Source: Promethearchaeota archaeon (GTDB taxonomy: Archaea > Asgardarchaeota > Lokiarchaeia > Sigyniarchaeales > SOKP01). From it: DNA of 32,000 nt. The stretch covers positions 33,414 to 65,413 of the forward strand of contig JAUWGH010000011.1 of NCBI GenBank assembly GCA_030606485.1. The letters run 5' to 3'. Positions 1 through 9,778 of the stretch are shown one piece after another. The notes beneath the pieces are model-generated. The model saw only the letters and a list, made by a program, of their open reading frames with translations, was not told the origin of the DNA and ran no database searches. Both the position numbers and the translations under genes were made by a program. Position 1 is the first letter of the stretch. Each line of letters starts with the position of its first letter.

Positions 1-1196
1 AAAGATATACTTCCAGGTGGAAATTCAGCCCGATACTTTGCATCAAATTGAGTGCTTAATTTAACTATTTCTGGTATAGATGAAATTGGAACTTTATGAC
101 AAGTTGTGCAGGATATCTTTGGTGGTTGAATAGAAATGTATTGATTAAAATAATTATAGGCAAACTTTAAATTGAACTCCCAATCCTTTGATAATGGCTG
201 GCTTAAATCAATTTCCTGCCATTCAAATGGTCTGGCATCATCTTTCATAATCTCATCAACTTTTTCTTGATAAACATCCAAGATTCGCTGATCAAATGCC
301 TCCAACCCAACCATAAAGACAGAACCTCTTATTTTAGGTCTTGTGGGAGGTTTTTGCTGTGCCATACCCTCCATAAATTTAACCACAGTAAATGGTACAA
401 GAATTAAATCATGTAATCCATCATTAACTTCTTTTCGCAATCTGTACATTATTTCGAATACTTTATTATAATCATTCTTGTTAAGGATATAATGTCGCTG
501 AGATTTGAATGGAGCATCCGGAAATATTTTTAAAAATGCTTTAGTCTTAATCCCCATGGTTCCCACATCCCCCATAAAAAGACCCGTGAAATCCGGTGCA
601 ACTCCATACCGGCAAAATGGCTTTGCATATTTACTTGCGGCTGCCCCTGTTCTCAAAATAGTTCCCTGTGGGTTTGGTAATACAACCTCAACTCCCAAAC
701 ATATATCAGGAACTAAACCATATTTTGTCGAACCAAACCCCGCTGTGCTATTAGAAAGACCGCCCCCGATGGTCGCTGAGTAACCGCTTCCAGGTCCCAG
801 AACTCCCGTTGTTAGACCTTTCTTTTGCAATTCTGAAACCAAAATGCCCCAAGTTATTCCACACTCAACCTCACAATAATAATCTATTTCATTAATCTCC
901 AAAATCTGATTCATTCTCGTAAGATCCATCAGAATTCCTCCCTCGGTGACTGACCCCCCAACCAAGTCAGCGCCACCGCCCCTCGGAACCATGTGAATCT
1001 TGTATTTGTTCGCAATCTTGATAATTTCTGATACTTCCTCCGTTGATTGCGGTCTTACAATCATATCTGCCCATCTATCGGGAAAAGCGGGGTCAACATT
1101 TCTCGAATATGCTGCTTTCATGAAATCCTTATCAGTAATATAATCCGAGCCAATAATTTTTTCTATCTCAACATACACTTCCTTAACTTTGGACAT
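1..1196 (-). CDS. FAD-linked oxidoreductase (FAD_binding_4/GlcD-like), 3' end runs off window
   Basis: Hand translation from ATG at 1196: MSKVKEVYVEIEKIIGSDYITDKDFMKAAYSRNVDPAFPDRWADMIVRPQSTEEVSEIIKIANKYKIHMVPRGGGADLVGG..., with the P-x-RGGG FAD-binding motif; same frame is open at the window start. Absent from the ORF track because there is no stop in the window. Confidence 0.85.
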   Translation of the reverse strand, partial: MSKVKEVYVEIEKIIGSDYITDKDFMKAAYSRNVDPAFPDRWADMIVRPQSTEEVSEIIKIANKYKIHMVPRGGGADLVGGSVTEGGILMDLTRMNQILEINEIDYYCEVECGITWGILVSELQKKGLTTGVLGPGSGYSATIGGGLSNSTAGFGSTKYGLVPDICLGVEVVLPNPQGTILRTGAAASKYAKPFCRYGVAPDFTGLFMGDVGTMGIKTKAFLKIFPDAPFKSQRHYILNKNDYNKVFEIMYRLRKEVNDGLHDLILVPFTVVKFMEGMAQQKPPTRPKIRGSVFMVGLEAFDQRILDVYQEKVDEIMKDDARPFEWQEIDLSQPLSKDWEFNLKFAYNYFNQYISIQPPKISCTTCHKVPISSIPEIVKLSTQFDAKYRAEFPPGSIS

Positions 1197-1356
1197 TTTT
1201 TTACCACATGTTTTCCCTAACTAGCTTTAAATAAAACAACTGCAATTTATATACAATAGTGTGAAATTTAATAAAAAATTTTATCATACTATTAGTATAA
1301 TTAAAACTAAATTAAATCTTGTAAAAAAAATAAATAATAATAAGAGGGAACAAACA

Positions 1357-1740
1357 ATGGCAACCGAAATTTTAAAAGGGCTTAAAATAATATTTCTCCT
1401 TCAATTTATCACAATGACATTCTTTGGGATTTTTTTCTTTTTTTTCATTGAAGCATATGTAGTACTTTTTAGTTGGCCATATTTAGACCCAATCGCTGGA
1501 CATTATATTGGTGCATTCTCATTAGGAATCGCAGTTTTAGCCATATTAGCTTATAGAGAAACAGAATGGGATAGAATAGAGCTTTTAGTTATTTTTCATA
1601 TCGTCTGGATTCTTTTAGGCTTAATTGCAATGATATGGGGACTTGTCACGGATTTCACTTTTGCTGGTACGTTTAATTCAATTTTACTTGTATTCTTTCT
1701 CGTAGCTTTTACATATTTCTATTTGCAACAGAGAAAGTAG
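1357..1740 (+). CDS. small 4-TM membrane protein, unknown function
   Basis: Hydrophobic ORF; ATG at 1357 after a purine-rich GAGGG is preferred over the K/N-rich upstream extension from 1261. Confidence 0.75.
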   Translation: MATEILKGLKIIFLLQFITMTFFGIFFFFFIEAYVVLFSWPYLDPIAGHYIGAFSLGIAVLAILAYRETEWDRIELLVIFHIVWILLGLIAMIWGLVTDFTFAGTFNSILLVFFLVAFTYFYLQQRK

Positions 1741-2134
1741 CTTAATTAAAACGAGCATCTTAAGAAACCCCAACACGAGAATATTAAAATCTAAAACTTT
1801 TTTTTTATTCCAACTACAATTCCTATTAATATTGATCCTAAAACTCCAAATATTGTGGCTCTATTAATATTTAAAGTAAAAAGAAACCAAGCTGACAAAA
1901 GAACAGAGAAAGTTCCAGCTATTAAAATCGCTTGTAATAGATGAAAAGGATCGAAATCTGGGAAATTGGTACTTACAAAAATATCTGCAAAATAAGTATT
2001 CCAAGCAAGAGAAATAAAAGAAATAAAAACATAAAGTATCCTAATTATACGCGGAGTTTTACTTTTAATTTTAATACACCTTTCCTAAATTTTTTTTCTC
2101 TTCGATTTAAAATTATTACCTATTTTACCTTGAA

Positions 2135-3043
2135 TTATAAACCTAACACTTTTGCAGCATTCTCTCCAAGAATTTTATTCTTCTCCTCATCAGTAAATTC
2201 AGGCAGCCCCATTAATTGGAGCGGAGGAGGTAATTTCATTTTCTTAATTCCCCTTACCCATTTTTTAAGTGAAAGTATAGGGGTAAATAAAGGCCAATCT
2301 GTGCCAAATAGAATTTTTTCTATTCCGCATGAAAGCTTAGCTTGCACGAGAGTCTGAAAAAAAGCAAATGGAACCATTTTAAAAGTTGGTTCCCATGCAG
2401 AAATATCAAGATATACATTTGGATTTTTTGTAGCCACTGATATTGCCTCATCTGTCCATGGCTTTCCCATATGTGCCATAATAAATTTAATTTTAGGAAA
2501 ATCAATTGCAATTTTATCTATATAGACCGGTCTACAATATTTCAAATATGTTCTAGGAGGGCCTTCTCCCGTATGACAAAATATTACAGCCCCAAGTTCC
2601 TCCACCCGTTCATAAAAAGGGTAATACTTCATATCATCAGGATAAAACCCAGTTAAAGGCCATAATTTGACTCCACGAAATCCTAATTCTTCAATACACC
2701 TCTCTAATTCTTGAATTGCTTCTTTACCCCTCCTAGGATCAATACCAGCAAATCCAATTAATCTATCAGGATATTCATTGAACATCTCTGCGACCATATC
2801 ATTATACTCCCTATAACTTACTTTCCCCCTAAAAAGATACTGATAATCCAAAGCAACAATCACCGCCTTATCTATCCCAGCTTCATCCATTTCTTCAACC
2901 AATCTCTCAGGAGTTCCATTTAATATTAAATTTGGATCAAAATCGTGCTGCTTTGCAATCGAAACTATAACTTCTCGTAGTTCTTTAGACAAGGACTCCT
3001 CATCCCACACATGACAATGACCATCAATTATCACAATTTCCAC
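2135..3043 (-). CDS. amidohydrolase family (Amidohydro_2) metal-dependent hydrolase
   Basis: IIDGHCH, FCHTG, AHMG and LFGTDWP motifs. Confidence 0.92.
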   Translation of the reverse strand: MEIVIIDGHCHVWDEESLSKELREVIVSIAKQHDFDPNLILNGTPERLVEEMDEAGIDKAVIVALDYQYLFRGKVSYREYNDMVAEMFNEYPDRLIGFAGIDPRRGKEAIQELERCIEELGFRGVKLWPLTGFYPDDMKYYPFYERVEELGAVIFCHTGEGPPRTYLKYCRPVYIDKIAIDFPKIKFIMAHMGKPWTDEAISVATKNPNVYLDISAWEPTFKMVPFAFFQTLVQAKLSCGIEKILFGTDWPLFTPILSLKKWVRGIKKMKLPPPLQLMGLPEFTDEEKNKILGENAAKVLGL

Positions 3044-3376
3044 CTTAAAATTTTATAAACATTCGATTTAAATTTATGATTCAATATTTCCTCAAACAAA
3101 TAAAAATATATTGATCATTGAGCTTTTCATTGAAAATCTAACTATTTTTAATCAGAAATTAAATTTAATTAGGTATAAGATTATTTAAAAAAAAAATCAT
3201 TCTATCTAATTTCACCCATTCCTTGTTTGATTACCTGGCTAAGAATTGTAGGTCTTGTTTAGTCCAACTTTAGCAATTTTTTTTCTATAAATCTTTATTT
3301 ACAATATTCTTACTCGTAATTTTCTTCTTATATTATATAAATATCTTTTTAATTAACTATTATTTAATTAAGAATT

Positions 3377-4123
3377 ATGAGTTACTGGTATGCTTTTTTC
3401 GTTATCATTGGAATTATTTCTATTTTAATTCTGATATTTGGCTTACCTCGAAAAAAGAGTACCAGACAACCAAATATAGAAGGTCTTGATAATCCAGAAG
3501 TTGCTAAAGCATTCGAAAAAATGACAAATTTTCTTCCCTTTAAACTCTTACGCCGAAAAGTAATATCTCGATTGAAAAAATTTAACCCAAGCGGAAAGTT
3601 GGTGGATATAGGTTGCGGTTCTGGAAATTTAATTATCCAAATTGCAGAAAAACTTCCAAAGCTTAATTTAATTGGAGTTGATATTTCCTCTGAAATACTC
3701 GAACTTGCAAAAAAACGAGCAATTGAGAAAAAGGTGGATAATAAAGTTGAATTTAAAAACGGAACTGTAGAAAATTTGCCTTTTCCAAATAATTCAATCG
3801 ATTTTATAATAAGTACTTTCTCACTTCATCATTGGGTGAATCCCATTAAAGCGTTTAAAGAACTTTATCGCATTTTGAAAGAAAGTGGAACCTTTTTAAT
3901 CTTTGATTTTCGCCGAGATTCACGAAAATTTTTTTATGGCTTTTTAACTTTTATTACTAAAGTGGTTGTTCCTAAAGCATTAAAAAATATTAATGAGCCT
4001 TTAGGTTCAATTCAGGCAAGCTATACTCCTGATGAAGTGCTCCAATTCTTCTCTCAATTTTTTTTCCCGAATACTGAAATTAAACTGTTTCTCGCTTGGA
4101 TGTTTATTAGTAGCAAAAAGTAA
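3377..4123 (+). CDS. class I SAM-dependent methyltransferase with N-terminal membrane anchor
   Basis: VDIGCGSG motif I, GVDIS, LPFPNNSIDFI, FSLHHW; hydrophobic N-terminus. Confidence 0.9.
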   Translation: MSYWYAFFVIIGIISILILIFGLPRKKSTRQPNIEGLDNPEVAKAFEKMTNFLPFKLLRRKVISRLKKFNPSGKLVDIGCGSGNLIIQIAEKLPKLNLIGVDISSEILELAKKRAIEKKVDNKVEFKNGTVENLPFPNNSIDFIISTFSLHHWVNPIKAFKELYRILKESGTFLIFDFRRDSRKFFYGFLTFITKVVVPKALKNINEPLGSIQASYTPDEVLQFFSQFFFPNTEIKLFLAWMFISSKK

Positions 4124-4396
4124 AATTAAAATTGTTCAAAAATACGAAATACGATATTATTGAACAAAAAGGGGATATATCATAATTAAATTTAATTCAT
4201 TCAGTAGGGTATAAATGAACTATTTAAAATAGATCCATTCTTTGAGCTTATTAAGGAAGTCTATTTATTAAAATTAACAAAAAAAATACAATATTAAGAA
4301 TAGTATTCATTATTCAAACAATTCGCTTTATAAATAAAAGAAAGTCTGAAATTAATCGATAATTTCTTGTGTTTTAAATAGGAGAATAAGTGGAAG

Positions 4397-5011
4397 ATGT
4401 ACATTTTGTTTTTTATTTGTATATTAAGTCTAATTTCTATGGCACCCATTCATTTTTTATCTGTTGAGCATCTAAAGCTTCAAGAAAAATATGGAAAACA
4501 AAAAGGAACTAAAATTGCCAAAATTTTTGGAATAATTTCAGGATGGGGCTTCTTCATATTTTTAATTGGAACCTGGATTTTACCTCAACCCAGATTTGTT
4601 ATCCCAATTTTTCAAAATATTTCAATCTTAATTCCAATTATCAATTTCTTAATTCACTTATTCCATCTAATAGTTTCTATGCCCTTCTTAATATTTGGTG
4701 CTTGGCTTGGAATTGCAGGCGTAAAAGAAATAACCCTTAAAGTAGCAGAAACACATCAACCCAAAAAAATTATTACTACTGGGATTTATTCTATTATTAG
4801 ACATCCGCAATATTTCGGTGCAATATTAGCACACGTGGGTATTTCTATTTTGTTATCTTCGTTATATTCATTACTTTCCACTCCTTTAATAATCATATTT
4901 AATTATCTCATCTCATGGAAAGAAGAAAAAGAGTTGATTAAAGAATTTGGCAAGGATTATGAGGATTATAAGAAAAATGTCCCAATGTTAATTCCAAAAT
5001 TAAGAAGATAA
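4397..5011 (+). CDS. isoprenylcysteine carboxyl methyltransferase / PEMT family membrane methyltransferase
   Basis: TTGIYSIIRHPQYFG and EEKELIKEFGKDYEDYKKNVPMLIP motifs. Confidence 0.88.
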   Translation: MYILFFICILSLISMAPIHFLSVEHLKLQEKYGKQKGTKIAKIFGIISGWGFFIFLIGTWILPQPRFVIPIFQNISILIPIINFLIHLFHLIVSMPFLIFGAWLGIAGVKEITLKVAETHQPKKIITTGIYSIIRHPQYFGAILAHVGISILLSSLYSLLSTPLIIIFNYLISWKEEKELIKEFGKDYEDYKKNVPMLIPKLRR

Positions 5012-5174
5012 TGATATTTAAATGGGCTTTTAATCAATAACTAAAAAACGAGACTTTAATCGGTATAGATAAAGTTCTAAAGAAAACTTTTTTAAGAGCT
5101 CCTATTATTTAACTTATCATTAAGTTAGATTTCCCATTTTTAAATATTTTAAAATTAAAGAATTTGGTGATATT

Positions 5175-5633
5175 TTGAGTCTTGATAATGCGTTTGACCT
5201 GTTATTTGTAATTATTGCAATTACTTTTAATCTTTTAATTATTGGCATTTTTATCGCTGGAAAGAGGAAGCAGGATAAACTGAGGAGATGGTTTGGGATT
5301 GTATTTGTTTGTTTAACAATACCATTGATCATCGTTTTCATTAATTATTTGATCATCGGGCAAGAATTGTGGATTATTATATGTTTGGTGATTATTTTAT
5401 TATACTTATTCTTAGAATTATTACTCGATTTAATATTAAAATACGATTTTAGGAAAAAACCGATAACCCACGTTCCATACATCATACTATTTTATATCGT
5501 ATCTTTTAGCTTGATTGGGATTACGTTTTATATTGATGAAATCAGTGGATGGATTGTCTCAATTACATTCTGGGCTGTTTTGGCAAGTTTGATTTATAAT
5601 TTAGCTGGTCGAAAAAAGAAAGATAATGAATAA
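5175..5633 (+). CDS. hypothetical multi-pass membrane protein
   Basis: 152-aa hydrophobic ORF with about 5 TM segments, TTG start. Confidence 0.7.
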   Translation: MSLDNAFDLLFVIIAITFNLLIIGIFIAGKRKQDKLRRWFGIVFVCLTIPLIIVFINYLIIGQELWIIICLVIILLYLFLELLLDLILKYDFRKKPITHVPYIILFYIVSFSLIGITFYIDEISGWIVSITFWAVLASLIYNLAGRKKKDNE

Positions 5634-5705
5634 GTAACTCCCTTTTTCTTCCAAGTTAGTATTTAATATCCAATTTTAATATTTAATTTATAATACATAA
5701 GAGAA

Positions 5706-5740
5706 AAGATTATAAACATAATTAGTAATACTTAATAATA
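5706..5740 (+). promoter_or_regulatory. putative archaeal promoter (purine-rich BRE plus TTATAAA box), shared with the 6328 gene
   Basis: aagattataaacataattagtaatacttaa resembles aagagttataaacataatcaataaacttaa at 6279-6308. Confidence 0.4.
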
Positions 5741-5778
5741 AAAAATAAATCTCCTTTTAATTTAAAGAGGAATATAAA

Positions 5779-6213
5779 ATGTCATCCGAAATTAAAATTG
5801 ACCCTTTTGCCGCGTTGATATTAGTACTTAGTGTTGTCGGGATAATTCTAATAGCAGCTTTTAGTTTTGCAGGTTTTTTTTTACCTAGTTATGGAAATAG
5901 ATATTCTTGCTTGGGTTGTGAATATTGGACACCCGGTGATTTAGCAGCACAAGTCATTATGATAATACTATTAATAATACAAATAGTTGTGGCCTTAAAT
6001 GACCTGCTCCCCAAAAAATTCATAGAAATGGATCTAGAGATATTTGGCATACTTCTTGCAGGTTTAACAATCCTTCTTGCCATCATAGGGATTGCTTCAT
6101 TTGGAATAGCTTATGAGGCATATATATGGTGGCCTGAGACTGGATTTTACGGCGGTATTATAGCGGGAATACTCAACACAATCTTGTTTTTCTTAAAATA
6201 TAAAAATAAGTAA
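5779..6213 (+). CDS. hypothetical 4-TM membrane protein with a CxxC loop
   Basis: Hydrophobic ORF with SCLGCEY loop; GAGGA upstream; T-run downstream. Confidence 0.75.
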   Translation: MSSEIKIDPFAALILVLSVVGIILIAAFSFAGFFLPSYGNRYSCLGCEYWTPGDLAAQVIMIILLIIQIVVALNDLLPKKFIEMDLEIFGILLAGLTILLAIIGIASFGIAYEAYIWWPETGFYGGIIAGILNTILFFLKYKNK

Positions 6214-6278
6214 TTTATCATTTTTTTTCTTTTTTGCCATTATTTTTTTCCACCCATCTTTCGCATAAATAAATAGGT

Positions 6279-6312
6279 AAGAGTTATAAACATAATCAAT
6301 AAACTTAAGAAA
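6279..6312 (+). promoter_or_regulatory. putative archaeal promoter, second copy of the 5706 motif
   Basis: TTATAAA at 6284-6290 upstream of ATG 6328; about 30-nt similarity to 5706-5740. Confidence 0.4.
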
Positions 6313-6327
6313 GAACTACCAACTAAT

Positions 6328-6996
6328 ATGGTTGATCCAGTTGAATTAACTAAAATTGTTGAGACAAAAGTATGCAGGAGTAGTTCGAGAAAGTATTATA
6401 GATTCCGTAAAACAAGTTTCTATGGAGGTTGCGCCACTGCTGATTGCTTAGGTTGCAATCTGAGATGTGCCTATTGCTGGGCTCAAAAAAAAGTTTGGAC
6501 TCCTGAAAAATTCGGTAAGTTTTATACACCGAGAGAAGTTAGTGAAAAATTAATTAAAATGAATTACGCATTAGTGAGAGTGAGTGGTGGAGAACCGACA
6601 ATTTGCAAGAAACATTTGCTTGAACTTATAAGTTTATTTCCAGAAAATAAATTATTCATTCTTGAAACCAATGGAATATTATTAGATGAAGATTATATTG
6701 AGGAATTAAGCAATTTTAAGAATATTTATGTTAGAATTTCTTTAAAAGGAGTTGATGAGAAAACCTTTAAACAAATTACCGGTGCGGATGGTGAAATTTT
6801 CAAAAACCAGCTAAATGCGTTGGAATTACTTAAGAAATATAGAATTAAAAGCAGAGCCGCTATTCTTGTTGATTTATTTTCTGAGAAACAAATTGAAAGT
6901 TTAGGAATTCCCGACTTGGAATATGAGACTCTGATATCATATCCTTTTGTAATGAAGAGTTTGAAAAAAAAAGGAATTAAATTAGCAAGAAAATAA
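6328..6996 (+). CDS. radical SAM protein (COG5014-like, uncharacterised)
   Basis: GCNLRCAYC (CxxxCxxC), SGGEPT, LETNG; N-terminal YYRFR..FYGG.ATAD. Confidence 0.9.
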   Translation: MVDPVELTKIVETKVCRSSSRKYYRFRKTSFYGGCATADCLGCNLRCAYCWAQKKVWTPEKFGKFYTPREVSEKLIKMNYALVRVSGGEPTICKKHLLELISLFPENKLFILETNGILLDEDYIEELSNFKNIYVRISLKGVDEKTFKQITGADGEIFKNQLNALELLKKYRIKSRAAILVDLFSEKQIESLGIPDLEYETLISYPFVMKSLKKKGIKLARK

Positions 6997-7039
6997 CTTT
7001 TAGAATATCTTGTAAGTTTTTATCTTCTTTTTTCCACTT

Positions 7040-7921
7040 TTAAACTTTAGCTGCATTCTTTGCAATCGCATCCACAATTTGTGGCCAAGTTTCAGGTGGC
7101 AAGCTATGTCCCATGCCATTGATAATTAGCAATTCTGCACCATATATTGCTTCTGCGGTATCTATCCCACCTTCAACGGGTACAAGTAGATCATCTCCTC
7201 CGTGAATTACAAGTGTTGGTACTTTTATTGATGCCAATGTTGACCTCCGATTACCACTTGCAAGAACCGCAGCTAATTGACGTGCGAAACCCTGCGGATA
7301 GAAACTACGGTCATACGCTCTTGTTGCCATTTTTCGCCTTCTTTTTTCATCGAAAGGAAAGCCAGTACCATAAAGAATCCGCCAACGTTTTACAGATTCC
7401 TCAATATAAGCCTCACGTTCAGTTGGCGCAGGTGTCATGACTACTTTCATTGCCTCTTGTTTTGGCTGTAGAAGGTCAAAATTTCCGGTAGATCCCATAA
7501 TAGAAGTAAGACTTAAAACTCGGGAGGGATATCGAACCGCTATAACTTGAACAATCATTGCACCCATCGAAGCACCACAAATATGGGCTTCATCAATCTT
7601 AAGAGCATCTAGAAGACCAATTGCATCATCAGCCATATCTTCCAAAGTATAAGGAAATTCAATTTTTTCACCCCGTTGAGCCCCTATGACTAATTTCATT
7701 ATATCTGGCACACCTATTTCTTCAAATTTAGTTGATAAACCAACATCTCGATTATCGAATCGAATCACATAAAAACCATGATTTACAAGTAGTTCGCAGA
7801 ATTCCTCTTCCCAAGAAATCATTTGAGAGCCAAGCCCCCTAATTAGAAGTAATGGATTAGATAAGGGATCTCCAAACGTGTCATACTCAATCTCGATATT
7901 ATTAGCAATTATTTTAGGCAT
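7040..7921 (-). CDS. alpha/beta hydrolase (Abhydrolase_1)
   Basis: RFDNRDVGLS, nucleophile elbow GASMG, HGGDD, GMGH. Confidence 0.92.
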   Translation of the reverse strand: MPKIIANNIEIEYDTFGDPLSNPLLLIRGLGSQMISWEEEFCELLVNHGFYVIRFDNRDVGLSTKFEEIGVPDIMKLVIGAQRGEKIEFPYTLEDMADDAIGLLDALKIDEAHICGASMGAMIVQVIAVRYPSRVLSLTSIMGSTGNFDLLQPKQEAMKVVMTPAPTEREAYIEESVKRWRILYGTGFPFDEKRRRKMATRAYDRSFYPQGFARQLAAVLASGNRRSTLASIKVPTLVIHGGDDLLVPVEGGIDTAEAIYGAELLIINGMGHSLPPETWPQIVDAIAKNAAKV

Positions 7922-8004
7922 ATTTATTCCCTTTTTAAATTACAACGGTTTATTATAAATTTTTATTAAATTAAAATTTCCTCTTATAAAGTAAAATAAA
8001 TTCT

Positions 8005-8457
8005 TTAAATGGAATCAAATATTTCTTCCATAATAATAGTTATTCCATTTCTTTTCAATAAAGCAGTCGTTACGCCATCGCCGTTAATAATTTTACCAGT
8101 AAAAGTGCCATCATAGATTTTCCCACAGCCGCACGCGGGACTTTCCTGTTTAGCAATAAATTCCTTTACACCAAGCAATCTTATGATTTTTAATACTTCA
8201 TAAGCGCCCCGAATAAATTGTTCGGTAACGTCAGCACCTTCCTTATTAATAACTCGACATTGATTATCTAACACATCCTCACCCGAATGCCTATGAATTT
8301 CTTGCGACGGTCGAGGAGTCGGCAAACCCCCTAACTGTTCAGGACAAACGGGTATCAAAATTTCCTTCTTTAATAAAGCAATAACCTTTTCATTCTTTCG
8401 ATCCTTACCGTCCCAAGCACATTTCATCCCCAATAAACACGCACTACATAGCTTCAT
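8005..8457 (-). CDS. DUF523 / 2-thiouracil desulfurase (TudS-like) family Fe-S protein
   Basis: SACLLG..C..DG, PVCPEQLGGLPTPR, SPACG, GVTTALL motifs. Confidence 0.88.
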   Translation of the reverse strand: MKLCSACLLGMKCAWDGKDRKNEKVIALLKKEILIPVCPEQLGGLPTPRPSQEIHRHSGEDVLDNQCRVINKEGADVTEQFIRGAYEVLKIIRLLGVKEFIAKQESPACGCGKIYDGTFTGKIINGDGVTTALLKRNGITIIMEEIFDSI

Positions 8458-8676
8458 TTTACACTCATTTTTTCCTTTTGTACCATTGTTTAATCTATTA
8501 TTATAAAAATTTTTAACTTCTAATATATTAAGCGGATGAAAATTATAAATTTAAGAGATATTTTTGAGAAAATTACTAAATTTGAATTAGTTCGAAAAAA
8601 TTTAAATACTCTTATATCGTATTGAGATTGAAGTTAAAAAAATTATCTATTAAGCAACTTACAAGGTCGTGATTTA

Positions 8677-9438
8677 ATGAGTATTGATTGGAATTCAGTA
8701 GAGGCTAAACCAGATAAGTCCCATAAAGTTATTGGACAGGCTCTTTTAGATTTGCGTGCAAAAGTTAATAGTTTAGAAAAACAGTTGGCAATCAACCGAA
8801 CAGAGCTGGAAAAAACTACTAATGAATTAAATGCCACCAAGACAAAATTAACTACCACAGAAACTGACTTGAGCACAATTAAAGAGGAAAAAGAAAATAT
8901 TGATAAGAAATTTACAGATCTTGAATCAACCAAATCCGCTTTAGAGAATGAATTAAATGATGGAAAAGCGAAAATTACTGAGTTAGAAGAAAAACTAAAT
9001 ACCTCTGCGGCAACCAACACTGAACTACTAAAAAAAATTGAAAACCTTGAAGCCGATTTAACTACAAAAACAAATAAAATCCAAACCCTTGAATCTGAAA
9101 TTCCCTCAAAACAAGAAAAAATTAATGAATTAACCAACACTTTAAGTGAAAAAGAAAGCCAATTAGAAGAATTAAAATCATCTCTTGCCGAAAAAGAACA
9201 GACATTGAGTCAAATTACTGCCCAATTGGAAGAAACGAAGTCAGAATTGAGTGCATTTAAACTCCCTGAGATTGGCCCCGTTGAACCATTTCGGAGAGAA
9301 GAGAGAGTGATATGCCCTATGTGTAGTGGAACTGCTATAAAAGAAATAGACGACAAAACCAAAATTTTATATTATTCAGGAACCAAAGCCATTTACGCAA
9401 AGAAAAAAATATGCAAAAAATGCGGATACGAATTCTAA
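8677..9438 (+). CDS. long coiled-coil protein with C-terminal zinc ribbon
   Basis: About 170 aa of E/K/L heptads, then CPMC...CKKCGYEF. Confidence 0.85.
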   Translation: MSIDWNSVEAKPDKSHKVIGQALLDLRAKVNSLEKQLAINRTELEKTTNELNATKTKLTTTETDLSTIKEEKENIDKKFTDLESTKSALENELNDGKAKITELEEKLNTSAATNTELLKKIENLEADLTTKTNKIQTLESEIPSKQEKINELTNTLSEKESQLEELKSSLAEKEQTLSQITAQLEETKSELSAFKLPEIGPVEPFRREERVICPMCSGTAIKEIDDKTKILYYSGTKAIYAKKKICKKCGYEF

Positions 9439-9474
9439 GAAATGAAACTCTAATAAAGTCTATAATAAAACCAA

Positions 9475-9663
9475 TTACCCACTAACCAAGTCAATCCCTC
9501 TACACCTAGGAACTATATGAATCTCTTATTTATTTGTTATCATAACAATTTCAGTAACTTCTTCAGTTGGTTGCGGCCTTATAAGTACGTGGGCCCATCT
9601 ATCAGAAAAAGCGGGATTAACATTTCTTGAATATGGAGTCTTCATAAAACCTTTATTTGTAAT
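9475..9663 (-). pseudogene. decayed 189-bp paralogous fragment of the FAD oxidoreductase at 1-1196
   Basis: Translates ITNKGFMKTPYSRNVNPAFSDRWAHVLIRPQPTEEVTEIVMITNK*EIHIVPRCRGIDLVSG*, colinear without gaps with 951-1139 (ITDKDFMKAAYSRNVDPAFPDRWADMIVRPQSTEEV...); two in-frame stops. Confidence 0.88.
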
Positions 9664-9778
9664 TCTAAAAATTGTTGTAATGGAAAAAAAATTAAAAAGC
9701 ATATTAATTTAATTTTCTTATTCTTACTATAGAACAAACGGGTCAAAATATAAATAAAAATTCAATAAAAACTTAAAA

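Noticed and set aside
505-783. Plus-strand ORFs 505-783, 1941-2357, 2471-2656, 7147-7440, 7277-7471 and others overlapping real genes
   Set aside because: Antisense or alternative-frame shadows of well-supported CDSs (FAD oxidoreductase, amidohydrolase, hydrolase)
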